37,589 nt of DNA, from positions 1 to 37,589 of the forward strand of contig JBEGVZ010000097.1 in assembly GCA_041178085.1 (NCBI GenBank). Reading direction: 5' to 3'. Both the position numbers and the translations under genes were made by a program. Positions 27,688-36,277 of this stretch are shown here, piece by piece. This DNA is from Pseudomonadota bacterium (GTDB lineage: Bacteria; Bdellovibrionota_B; Oligoflexia; Oligoflexales; RGVZ01). The notes beneath the pieces are model-generated. The model saw nothing but the letters and a program-made list of their open reading frames with translations. It did no database searches and was not told where the DNA came from. Numbering within the stretch: position 1 is the first letter of the stretch; every line of letters starts with the position of its first letter.

Positions 27688-29467
27688 GGTCCCCGTTTCC
27701 TGCCTTGCTTCCCTGACCTGGTTCACTTTCATTACGGGCCGGCTCAATTTCGCCGATCGTTTTCTGGACGGCGGTCCACGGTCCCCGTGCCTTGATCCTG
27801 CCCTGGTCAAGGACGATGATTTCGTCACAAGCCTTGAGCACGGATTCCCTGTGGCTTGCTACTATCATGGCACATCCGCGGCGCAAAAGGGCCTTGATCA
27901 GGTGGGCTTCGGTGATCTGGTCCACGGCTGACAGGACATCGTCAAGGATCATGACCTCTTGCTTACGCAGGAACAGCCTGGCCAAGGCAAGGCGTTGCTT
28001 TTGACCGCCGGACAGGCGGATCCCCTTTTCGCCGATTTCGGTTTGCAGGCCGTCGGGCAAGGCTTCCACTTCCGGAAGGATCATCGCCTCGGCCAAGGCT
28101 GCCTTGATCTGCTCGTCGGACGGGGGCGGAGTAGCGCCAAAACGTAGATTCCCGGCGACCGAGTCAGAAAACAAGTGCACCGTTTGCGTCGCCATGGCGA
28201 CTTTGGATCTGAGTTCATCCGGGGAGATTTCAAGGATGTCGGTGCCGTCCAGGAAGATCGTTCCGCGTGGCGGGTCAAACAGGCGGACAAGGAGTTGCAG
28301 CAGCGTCGTCTTGCCTGACCCGACGGATCCGGCAATCCCGAGGCGCTGCCCAGGCTTCAGTGAAAATGAAATGCCCTCAAGCTTGAACTGGCGCGCGTCA
28401 TTGCCGTAATTGAACGTCAGGTTTTTGACGGCGATGGTAGGTACGTCAGCGCCTGAAGGTCGCACAGTTGTGACGTTGTTTATTTTGGTCTCTGCGGCCG
28501 TACGGTTGATCTCGTCAATGCGCTCCACCGCAGTTTTCGCCCGCTGGTACATGGCGATGATCATGCCGACAGCCGTCAGAGGAAAGCTCAAGAAGCCAAT
28601 GTAGACATTGAATGCCAGGATGTCACCGACGGTGAGGCGCTGGTGAATCGCCTCATAACCGCCATAGAAGATCACCGTCATCTGGCCAATGGCGGCCAGG
28701 CAGCTCATCAACGGAAAAACTGCGTTGCGGATGAAAACAAGACGCATGTTGGTGCGGTAAACGGCGTCGTTGTCGGGCCGGGTGCGTTCCATGAAACTCG
28801 CCTCGGCGCCGCTTTGCTGCACGACATGGACGTGGACGAATGCTTCGGTGACGCGGTTGGTCAGGCGCCCCGTGGCCTCCTGGTTGAGGCGCGAATACTC
28901 CTGCAGCTTGGGCATGGCATACCGCGTGATGACGACCATCAGGGCAAGGGGCGCAATACATGCAATCGTCAGCCCGACGTGGATGGTGAGCATCCGCGTG
29001 ATGATGAACAAGCAAAGGAAGGCAAGGTTAAGGACTTGCAGCAGGCCGAAGGCGAAAAACACCCGCAATTGGCCGATGTCGTTGGCCAGCCGAGAGATCA
29101 GGTCACCCATGCCAAAGCGCAGCAGTGCTGCCTGCGGCAAAACCAGCAGGTGGTTGAATGCATCGGTGCGCGCGTTGGCTTCGATGGCGCGTCCGGGCCA
29201 GAACACGAGGATCCTTGACAGCGAGCGGATAAGGATCTGCAGCAATCCGAGGGCGATCACCAGCAGCGCCACCTGGCTCATCGAACCGGCCTGTCCTGGC
29301 TGTTCAAGTTGCGTCAACGAATTGACGATGGTCTTCGCCAGCTGCGGTATTTCCAGCGTAATGATGTTGGTCGCTGCAAGGGCGACAAACCCGGCAACAT
29401 ACCAGCGCCAAAGCGGCAAGCTGTAGCGCATGGCAAATGATTTCAGGCCATCTGTTGCACCGGTCAT
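27665..29467 (-). CDS. ABC exporter half-transporter (TMD+NBD), MdlA-like subunit
   Basis: GDLISRL.ND, GSVGSGKTT, LSGGQKQR, degenerate Walker B MILDD. Confidence 0.93.
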   Translation of the reverse strand: MTGATDGLKSFAMRYSLPLWRWYVAGFVALAATNIITLEIPQLAKTIVNSLTQLEQPGQAGSMSQVALLVIALGLLQILIRSLSRILVFWPGRAIEANARTDAFNHLLVLPQAALLRFGMGDLISRLANDIGQLRVFFAFGLLQVLNLAFLCLFIITRMLTIHVGLTIACIAPLALMVVITRYAMPKLQEYSRLNQEATGRLTNRVTEAFVHVHVVQQSGAEASFMERTRPDNDAVYRTNMRLVFIRNAVFPLMSCLAAIGQMTVIFYGGYEAIHQRLTVGDILAFNVYIGFLSFPLTAVGMIIAMYQRAKTAVERIDEINRTAAETKINNVTTVRPSGADVPTIAVKNLTFNYGNDARQFKLEGISFSLKPGQRLGIAGSVGSGKTTLLQLLVRLFDPPRGTIFLDGTDILEISPDELRSKVAMATQTVHLFSDSVAGNLRFGATPPPSDEQIKAALAEAMILPEVEALPDGLQTEIGEKGIRLSGGQKQRLALARLFLRKQEVMILDDVLSAVDQITEAHLIKALLRRGCAMIVASHRESVLKACDEIIVLDQGRIKARGPWTAVQKTIGEIEPARNESEPGQGSKAGNGDHEPVGER

Positions 29468-30252
29468 TGTGAAGCCTGCAAGCTGTCCGGGTGCAGCAGG
29501 CCTGGCGGCGGAGGGGCTGCCGCCAGGAATTTTTTCTCGAGCATGGCGATGCGGCTTTGTTCGTCCGCTGGCCAGTCAAGCTGGGTGGCCTGGCCGTTGC
29601 CCATGAACAAGGCGACATTGGCCAGCCCTGCCGCACACGATGCAATGTGCGTCGCGAACACCGTGATCAGGCCTGCATGGGTCCGACGTTGGATCTCCTG
29701 GCGGAGCGCAGCGATGTGACCCAGATCGAGTGCCTCGAATGGTTCGTCGAGGACCAGGAGGTCGGGGTTGTGCAGGGTTGCAAGGGCCAGTCCGACCCGC
29801 TTGCGCATGCCCGTCGAAAGGTTGCCCACCAGGCTGTGCTGGAAGTCCAGGCAATCCCAGTAGCGCAAAGCATTTTCGGCAAGTCCGCTGCCATGTGGGC
29901 CGGTCGCGCCGATCAGGCGGGCGCTGTAGTCGCAAAGTTCTCGCGGGGTGGCCCATGGGGGTAGCATGCCTTGTTGAGGCAGATAACCGATCCGCGCACG
30001 CATCGACCGGACGGGTGAACCTGAAAGGGTTACCGACCCGCTGTCCGGTTGTGTTTGGCCTGCGACCAGGTTGAACATAGTGCTCTTACCGCTGCCATTG
30101 GGTCCCAGGACAGCAACCGTGCTGCCGCCCCCGCAAGTGAGGTCAATGGGGCCAAGCCGAAAGCCGTCGCGCGCAGCGTCCGGTCCGCCTGGTGCCTTGA
30201 CGGCGGCAGACAAGATTAGATTCGGGCTTGCAATGGATTTCCGTTCAACCAA
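29464..30252 (-). CDS. ABC transporter ATP-binding protein
   Basis: GPNGSGKST, GYLPQ, LSTGMRKR, LVLDEP, ATH. Confidence 0.9.
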   Translation of the reverse strand: MVERKSIASPNLILSAAVKAPGGPDAARDGFRLGPIDLTCGGGSTVAVLGPNGSGKSTMFNLVAGQTQPDSGSVTLSGSPVRSMRARIGYLPQQGMLPPWATPRELCDYSARLIGATGPHGSGLAENALRYWDCLDFQHSLVGNLSTGMRKRVGLALATLHNPDLLVLDEPFEALDLGHIAALRQEIQRRTHAGLITVFATHIASCAAGLANVALFMGNGQATQLDWPADEQSRIAMLEKKFLAAAPPPPGLLHPDSLQASQ

Positions 30253-30253
30253 C

Positions 30254-31474
30254 TCAAATCCCCGTCGTCACTGTCTGCTCATGCAAAATGCGTTTGTTTT
30301 GTTGATGTGCCAACAAGACTAACACTACCGGCCAGAGCAAAAAAGCTGCCTTCGTGGCGATGATTGCTGTGGCCAGGAACATGCTTGAGAAGAGTGAAGT
30401 CAACGCTTGCACCAGTGGCCTGCGCGCATCGACCTGCCACAGCAGGAATGGCATCAGGGACGGGGCCATCGCTCCCGCACCCAGACAAGTCAGCGCGCTC
30501 AAATCGACGGGTTCACGGTTCAGCAGGGTAATGAGAGCCGGTGTAATACCACAAAGGATTGCAATCATGGCGGCGACGATCATGTAAGCGCGCGCGATAT
30601 CCCCGCGGGTTACGCCAAATGCTTCCTCAAAAGGAAGTTCACGGGCTTCGCTGGCGGCATGCAGGGCGAGTGGCAAGGATGCCAGCCAGCCGCCCAGCCA
30701 GGCGAAAAGGGCGATAAAGGGCAGCGGCACTTTGTAAGCAGCCGCCGCCACGACTCCCGCCATGCACAGCGACCAGGCGGCAGCCAGCAACCAGGTCAGC
30801 GGTGTGCGCAAGATCAGGCCGGTGCGCCAGCGGGCCAGTGCGCCCAGCCGAGCTGCGTGGCCTTGGGTATGCCCGGAGTTGCTGGCGACCAGGCGGAACA
30901 GGTGACGATTGGTGTGAGCCTGTTGCGGTGAGAAGGAATCACCGTCCCTTCGAGAAAACACGAAGGCGGGCAGGGTACACAGGAAAAATCCGGCAGCGAA
31001 AACAGCCAGGCGACTTTCAGGGCTGGTGAGCACGGCATGACCGGCGAAAACCGCAGCACCCCCTGTGATTGTCCCAAGGATCGCAGCCCACGAGAAGCGC
31101 GTCAGGTCTTCCATGCGGGATGCCACAGATTCAGGCAGGCCGCGAAGCCGGCCAAAAAGCCCCCAGCCGAGGGTTAAATCTGCCGCCATGGCCCGGCGCG
31201 TCAGGGCCACGCCCCCGGCCAGGATCAAAGCCATGCCGGCCCATGTCGCTTTGGTGATCACCGCTGGAGCAAGGGCGACCATGTCCGGGGACAATAAATC
31301 GCGGAAAACATGCAGGAAAAGCGCCCCGAAAACGACGCTTGCCACCAGGCCGGTCAGGGTTTCCGGCAGGCGGCTGGAAAGGCTCCGGACCCAGCTGGTC
31401 AGGATACCCGCGGCCATTCCGCCAGCGTGGCTGAACATCCTGTCCTGATTGCTTTTTACAGGCATTCGTGACAT
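30254..31474 (-). CDS. Polytopic membrane protein, probable permease partner of the adjacent ATPase
   Basis: About 10 hydrophobic helices; stop 1 nt from the ATPase start; start among ATG 31474, 31465, 31438 (the longer ORF would overlap folE2). Confidence 0.7.
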   Translation of the reverse strand: MSRMPVKSNQDRMFSHAGGMAAGILTSWVRSLSSRLPETLTGLVASVVFGALFLHVFRDLLSPDMVALAPAVITKATWAGMALILAGGVALTRRAMAADLTLGWGLFGRLRGLPESVASRMEDLTRFSWAAILGTITGGAAVFAGHAVLTSPESRLAVFAAGFFLCTLPAFVFSRRDGDSFSPQQAHTNRHLFRLVASNSGHTQGHAARLGALARWRTGLILRTPLTWLLAAAWSLCMAGVVAAAAYKVPLPFIALFAWLGGWLASLPLALHAASEARELPFEEAFGVTRGDIARAYMIVAAMIAILCGITPALITLLNREPVDLSALTCLGAGAMAPSLMPFLLWQVDARRPLVQALTSLFSSMFLATAIIATKAAFLLWPVVLVLLAHQQNKRILHEQTVTTGI

Positions 31475-31536
31475 TAAGGTGGGCGCCGCAAGGGTCCTAA
31501 GTGTGAAGGTTTGAGAACGTTTCCCAGGTTGCACCG

Positions 31537-32337
31537 ATGCTCGATCTACAAGGATCATCGATAACTCGTCCTTACGCCATTCAAAATGTGGGCGTGACGG
31601 GATTGCAGTATCCGCTGACGGTCGGGCTCCACGGTCAGACTTTCCGGACGGGTGCGTTGTGGTCCCTTGGTGTTTCGTTGCCGGCATCGCAGCGCGGCGC
31701 GCACATGTCACGGTTCGTCGAGTGCATTGACGGCCTTGGTGAGCGCCCGGTCGACCTTCCTGGCATGGTGGATTTTTGCCGGCACGTGTCAGGTCGGCTC
31801 GAAGCAGAGCGCACGCGTTGTGGCGTCGAGTTCACGTGGTTTCGCCGCGTCAAGGCTCCAGTGTCTGGAATGGAATCCTACAATCCTCATTTGATCCGCT
31901 GGTCGGTCGACTGGTTTGACAGCCAGGCTGGCGGGAACAGCAAGCCGTCTGTGGACCTTCAGGTCCAGGTTGCCGTGAAGGCACTTTGCCCATGTTCAAA
32001 GGCGATCTCGGACCGTGGTGCCCACAACCAGCGTTCGACTGTGACCGTGTCGCTCACCGCGCCCGCGTCGGCTGCGGCCACCATACCTTCGGTTGAGCGG
32101 ATCGTCGCGATGGTCGAGTCACATGCCAGCGCCCCCGTGTATCCGCTGCTCAAGAGGGCTGACGAGAAGTTTGTTACGGAACGTGCCTACGACAACCCGG
32201 TCTTTGTTGAGGACCTGGTTCGTGCTGTCGCCGGCTCCTTGAGTGACATGCCGGGAGTTGAATCCTTCCGCGTCCATGTCCAGAACCACGAATCGATCCA
32301 CGCCCACGATTGTTTTGCCGAGATCACTTCGCCCTGA
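31537..32337 (+). CDS. folE2: GTP cyclohydrolase IB (FolE2)
   Basis: RGAHMSRF, APVSG, LCPCSK.IS..GAHNQRS, LLKRADEK.VTE.AY.NP.FVED, ESIH.H. Confidence 0.95.
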   Translation: MLDLQGSSITRPYAIQNVGVTGLQYPLTVGLHGQTFRTGALWSLGVSLPASQRGAHMSRFVECIDGLGERPVDLPGMVDFCRHVSGRLEAERTRCGVEFTWFRRVKAPVSGMESYNPHLIRWSVDWFDSQAGGNSKPSVDLQVQVAVKALCPCSKAISDRGAHNQRSTVTVSLTAPASAAATIPSVERIVAMVESHASAPVYPLLKRADEKFVTERAYDNPVFVEDLVRAVAGSLSDMPGVESFRVHVQNHESIHAHDCFAEITSP

Positions 32338-32374
32338 GTGGCGGGTGCTGGCTTGAAGATTTCCGGAAAAAGGT

Positions 32375-32405
32375 AAAAAAAAACCCTGCCTGTTGCCAGA
32401 CAGGG
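32375..32405 (-). terminator. Intrinsic terminator of the Lys-rich microprotein gene
   Basis: Minus strand CCCTGTCTG-gcaa-CAGGCAGGG (GNRA loop, one G-U) followed by nine T. Confidence 0.85.
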
Positions 32406-32427
32406 GGCGTAATTGGACGAGGTCCGA

Positions 32428-32532
32428 TTACTTCTTCTTGGCCGGCTTCTTAGCCTTCTTGGTGGCCTTCTTAGCGGCCTTCTTCTTCGTTTTTGCAGCC
32501 TTCTTCTTTGCGGTCTTCTTCTTAGCAGCCAT
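32428..32532 (-). CDS. 34-aa Lys/Ala-rich histone-H1-tail-like microprotein
   Basis: MAAKKKTAKKKAAKTKKKAAKKATKKAKKPAKKK; AAGGAG RBS, strong AAG codon preference, dedicated terminator. Confidence 0.8.
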   Translation of the reverse strand: MAAKKKTAKKKAAKTKKKAAKKATKKAKKPAKKK

Positions 32533-32626
32533 CGATTTCTCCTTCGTTGAAATGCGGTTGGCACTCAATGGAATGTTTACATCATTCTCATCGCGCCCAA
32601 CCAATCTAAAGGTGACTCTAGAAATA

Positions 32627-32655
32627 TTATTACAGAATTTTTTGACAATGTTCAA
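32627..32655 (-). promoter_or_regulatory. Sigma70-like promoter candidate for the microprotein gene
   Basis: TTGAAC-N17-TAATAA in an AT-rich intergenic stretch. Confidence 0.35.
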
Positions 32656-32687
32656 TGTTTGAGGGCCACAAAAAGAAATTTTATTTC

Positions 32688-33038
32688 TTAAACGTCATCT
32701 TTGAGGCAACCACTCTCTGAAAAAATTCGCATGAGATTTATCGTGGAGTCCTTGCATTCCAAGCCGTAGCGATACAAATCACGCTTACCAAAATCTTCTT
32801 TGCACCAGACGACGCGCAAAGTGATCACTTTCTTTTTTTCTACCGCGAGTCCGAGTTCCACACCTTCTTCGAGCTTCTCACCCAGCAGGACCCCGAGTCC
32901 TTTTTCGCTGACGTCGACTGGCCGCGCGGAGAGTGTCTTGTCATTCGCGATGACAAAAAGACGTCCCGGCATCAGGCCCGTGAGGGTCTGGCGTGCGGAG
33001 GTTCGCCTCTCCTTGAATGCCAGTTGAAGTTTCGTCAT
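32688..33038 (-). CDS. Stand-alone PilZ domain protein (c-di-GMP receptor)
   Basis: ERRTSAR (RxxxR) and DVSEKG (DxSxxG); ATG 33038 after a purine-rich RBS. Confidence 0.85.
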   Translation of the reverse strand: MTKLQLAFKERRTSARQTLTGLMPGRLFVIANDKTLSARPVDVSEKGLGVLLGEKLEEGVELGLAVEKKKVITLRVVWCKEDFGKRDLYRYGLECKDSTINLMRIFSESGCLKDDV

Positions 33039-33109
33039 CTCTCTCTGCTCCCCACAGATCCGCTCATCTCCCGGAAGTTCCGGGCAACTCAACATCCGTT
33101 ACAGAGAGA

Positions 33110-33137
33110 CATTCGGCCGCACTAGTTGTTTACATTA
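33110..33137 (-). promoter_or_regulatory. Sigma28/FliA-like promoter candidate
   Basis: TAAT-N16-GCCGAATG upstream of the PilZ gene. Confidence 0.25.
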
Positions 33138-33283
33138 GGTGAATGTCTTAAGTAATTGTAATCACGAAATAATTCATTGATTTGTAGCTGGCGTTACAAG
33201 GCCTGCCCGGGGAAATCGCGGGTTTGCGCGACGTTGCAGGGTATAATGAATGGAAGGAACATCTCCCGTACGGAGGAAGCCAC

Positions 33284-33994
33284 ATGATCGCAATTTTCCC
33301 TCAGCTCGCCGCATGTGCGAAGAGCCGTGACCTTGAAAAACTCGCGGTGTTGGTGCGCACACAGTACGGCTTCACCGTGCCGAAGCTCGATGCAGACGCG
33401 CTGTTGCAGGCTACAGGAATCGATGTGGAGAGCCTGGAACTCGATTGTGCCGGCAACCTGCTGGTGCAGGACGAGAAAGGCCAGTTTGCCATCATCGCCG
33501 TTCTGCCGCAGAAGTTGCATGACGAAGTCCGTCGCTTCCGCCTGGCGCACTTGCTTGGCCACTTCCTGTTGCACGTTCAGCACAAGATTGCCGATGGCAC
33601 CTTCAAAGGCCACGGATTCCAGGAGGTCGAATGTCCTTATGCTCGGTACGTGAGTGGCAAGGCGCCCGCCCTGCAATCGCGCGAAGAGGTAGATGCTGAA
33701 TTGGCTGCTGATGAATTCGCAGCAGCTTTGTTGATGCCAAAAAGCCTGGTCGAGGCAGCCCTTGCCAAAGGGGCGACTCCTGATGCCCTGGCCAGCTTCT
33801 TTGGTTGTCCCGTGGCTCTGGTCCAGCGTCGGCTTGCATACTTGGGTGTGCTGAAGCAGGATGTGACCAAGGGAATGGCCCGTTTGAGGGAAATTGCCTC
33901 CCAGCTGGAACACACGCGCAAACCCGCTTCGGGCGACAAGGCGGCACCAGCAACAGGCAAGTCCAGGTCAGCGAGGCGTCCCGCCGTCAAATGA
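33284..33994 (+). CDS. ImmA/IrrE-family (DUF955, M78-like) protein lacking the catalytic Glu
   Basis: RRFRLAHLLGHFLLH and ELAADEFAAALLMP, followed by an HTH-like segment; GGAGG RBS; TATAAT at 33242-33247. Confidence 0.8.
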   Translation: MIAIFPQLAACAKSRDLEKLAVLVRTQYGFTVPKLDADALLQATGIDVESLELDCAGNLLVQDEKGQFAIIAVLPQKLHDEVRRFRLAHLLGHFLLHVQHKIADGTFKGHGFQEVECPYARYVSGKAPALQSREEVDAELAADEFAAALLMPKSLVEAALAKGATPDALASFFGCPVALVQRRLAYLGVLKQDVTKGMARLREIASQLEHTRKPASGDKAAPATGKSRSARRPAVK

Positions 33995-34011
33995 CCTTTC
34001 GGGAATGACCG

Positions 34012-35997
34012 TTGGAAGCTTTTCGCGCATTCGTCAACCAGCAGCATGGACTGAAGTTATCCTCGTGGACGGACCTTTACGAATGGTCTGTGCGTGAGTC
34101 GGGACTTTTCTGGCGATCCCTCGCCGATTTTGCAGGCATCGCCTGGCATGACGCGCCGGGAAAAACCAATTACATCGCGCCGCCTGACGGTGGAATGCGC
34201 GGGGCACAATGGTTTCCGGGTGCCAAGCTCAACTTCGCCCGCAATTTGATCCCGGCCCACGGACTGCAGGAAGTGATCGTTGCCCATGCCGAGGGTGGTC
34301 GCCGGCGTTTTCTCTATGCCACAGAGCTGCGCGAGCAGGTGGCTGCATGCCAGGCTGCGTTGAGGGCTGCCGGCGTGGTCAAGGGCGACCGCGTGTGTGC
34401 GGCGGTGGCGAATGTTCCAGAGGCAATCGTGGCGATGCTGGCCACGGCTTCTCTGGGTGCGGTGTGGGCTTCCTGTTCACCGGACTTTGGCGAGCAGGCG
34501 ATCGTTGACCGGTTCGGCCAGATTGCGCCCAAGGTGATTTTTGCGACGCGACGTTATGTTTATGGCGGAAAGTCTTTCGATTGCACGGAAAAGATTTCTG
34601 CCTGTGTCCAGAAAATACGCGCTGCCCATCCGGGCGGCGATGTCCTGAAGCGGGTCGTCTGGATTGATCACTTGGATTTGTCGGATGCCAGCGAGTCGGG
34701 CTGGAACGTCTGGTTGCAAGTGGCAACCGACGCGACGCAGCCAGAGACGCTGACATTCGAGCCATGCGCCTTTGACGATCCGCTGTATATCCTTTTCTCC
34801 TCCGGGACTACGGGGGCGCCCAAGTGCATCGTTCACGGAGTGGGCGGGACCCTGCTGCAGCACAAAAAGGAATTGCTGTTGCATTGCGGAATCGGCCAGC
34901 GCGGTGTCGCTGAGTTCCCGGTGGGCGGGGCGAATTCGAAGCTGCTGTTCTTTACGACGTGCGGTTGGATGATGTGGAACTGGATGGCGTCGGCCCTTGG
35001 CTGCGGTGCAGCGATTGTTCTTTATGAAGGGTCGCCGGTTGCGCCTGATGCAGCGGCGCTTTGGCGCATCGTTGCGGAAGAGGGAGTGACGGCGTTTGGG
35101 TTGAGTCCCAAGTACATCAGCGCCTGCCGTTCGGCTGGGCTTGAACCGCAGCGTGATTTCAACCTGCGCAAGCTTCGCCAGATCCTTTCGACGGGGGCGC
35201 CGCTGTTGCCGGAGCATTACCATTGGATCTGGGATCACGCTGGACGGGACCTGCACATTGCGTCCATCTCCGGTGGCACGGACATCATTTCTTGCTTCAT
35301 GCTGGGAAACCCTGAGTTACCGGTCCGGCCTGGTGAGATCCAGGGCCCGGGGCTTGGGATGGCGATTGATTGCTGGGACGAAAACGGACATCCGGTCAGG
35401 GGCGCGCGCGGCGAGCTGGTCTGCACCAAGCCTTTTGTTTCGATGCCGGTCGGATTCTGGAACGACCCGGGTGGAAAGAAATACGAAAAGGCCTACTTCA
35501 CACACTTTGGCGGCGCGCAGGGCGTAAGGGAAGTTTGGCGTCACGGTGATTTCATCGAGTTCACTGGGGCGGGCGGGATCATTGTCCATGGCAGGTCCGA
35601 TGCGACCTTGAATCCTGGGGGCGTGCGGATTGGCACGGCGGAAATTTACCGCGTCGTGGAACAGCAGCCCGGGGTCATGGACTCCGTTGCGGTGGGGCTT
35701 GACCGCGGTGCAGGTGAGGAAGTGTTCTTGCTGGTGAAGATGAGTCCAGGGGCCAAGTGGGATGGTGCTGTGGACAGGGCGATTCGTCAGGCGATCAGGA
35801 GTGGCCTCAGCCCGCGACATGTCCCGGCGATGATCGTGCCGGTCGAAGACATCCCCTACACAAGAAGTGGCAAGAAGATGGAGCTTGCAGTATCAGCTGT
35901 CTTGCGTGGAGATGATTTTTCCAATCGCGCTTCGGTTGCGAATCCTGAATCGCTGGATCATGTGGCTGCTGTGCGGCCCCTGATCATGAAAAAATGA
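34012..35997 (+). CDS. aacS: Acetoacetate-CoA ligase
   Basis: WFPGAKLNFA.N, CSPDFG, FSSGTTGAPKCIVH, TCGWMMWNW, SISGGTD, GRSDATLNPGGVRIGTAEIY; start uncertain (see finding). Confidence 0.93.
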   Translation: MEAFRAFVNQQHGLKLSSWTDLYEWSVRESGLFWRSLADFAGIAWHDAPGKTNYIAPPDGGMRGAQWFPGAKLNFARNLIPAHGLQEVIVAHAEGGRRRFLYATELREQVAACQAALRAAGVVKGDRVCAAVANVPEAIVAMLATASLGAVWASCSPDFGEQAIVDRFGQIAPKVIFATRRYVYGGKSFDCTEKISACVQKIRAAHPGGDVLKRVVWIDHLDLSDASESGWNVWLQVATDATQPETLTFEPCAFDDPLYILFSSGTTGAPKCIVHGVGGTLLQHKKELLLHCGIGQRGVAEFPVGGANSKLLFFTTCGWMMWNWMASALGCGAAIVLYEGSPVAPDAAALWRIVAEEGVTAFGLSPKYISACRSAGLEPQRDFNLRKLRQILSTGAPLLPEHYHWIWDHAGRDLHIASISGGTDIISCFMLGNPELPVRPGEIQGPGLGMAIDCWDENGHPVRGARGELVCTKPFVSMPVGFWNDPGGKKYEKAYFTHFGGAQGVREVWRHGDFIEFTGAGGIIVHGRSDATLNPGGVRIGTAEIYRVVEQQPGVMDSVAVGLDRGAGEEVFLLVKMSPGAKWDGAVDRAIRQAIRSGLSPRHVPAMIVPVEDIPYTRSGKKMELAVSAVLRGDDFSNRASVANPESLDHVAAVRPLIMKK

Positions 35998-36014
35998 AAG
36001 GGGGAGTGACAAAC

Positions 36015-36254
36015 ATGGAAAAGGACAAAAAAAAGATTTCCAGCGTGTCATATCAGGCGGATAGCACGATGATCACGGCAAAGGAGCTTTCCCGATTGGC
36101 CAGGAAGCGGGATTATGAAAGGGCAAAAGCCGCCCGCAAGGAAGAGAGGGTCGCAGCGAAGGCAAAGCTGAAGGCTGAGAAGGCCGATGCCCGTGCCGCT
36201 CGCGACCAGGAACTCTGGAACGCCTTGAAGAAGGGTTCCGACATCGAAGAGTGA
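36015..36254 (+). CDS. Small charged helical hypothetical protein
   Basis: GGGGGAG RBS; fills the gap between coupled genes (alternative ATG 35994 overlaps the upstream stop). Confidence 0.65.
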   Translation: MEKDKKKISSVSYQADSTMITAKELSRLARKRDYERAKAARKEERVAAKAKLKAEKADARAARDQELWNALKKGSDIEE

Positions 36255-36277
36255 GCGGGCGAAGTCAAGGAACGTCG

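Noticed and set aside
27688..27828. Longer N-terminus of the PP2C phosphatase
   Set aside because: Would overlap the ABC NBD coding region by more than 160 nt; ATG 27687 is more plausible
31475..31711. Longer N-terminus of the permease ORF
   Set aside because: Overlaps folE2 on the opposite strand and is not hydrophobic
23113..32337. Zinc-starvation regulon (Cys-free L33 plus FolE2)
   Set aside because: Both forms are often the sole housekeeping copies, they are unlinked, and I saw no Zur-like palindrome upstream of either
32428..32532. CTT-rich repeats as a CRISPR array or microsatellite
   Set aside because: Explained by AAG Lys codons of the minus-strand microprotein; I saw no repeat-spacer structure anywhere in the window
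33284..33994. Prophage/ICE or toxin-antitoxin locus suggested by the ImmA/IrrE gene
   Set aside because: No integrase, repressor, att-like repeats or phage genes nearby
34006..34040. Selenocysteine insertion at the in-frame UGA
   Set aside because: Position is a non-catalytic N-terminus with no expected Cys, and the weak downstream hairpin does not look like a bacterial SECIS
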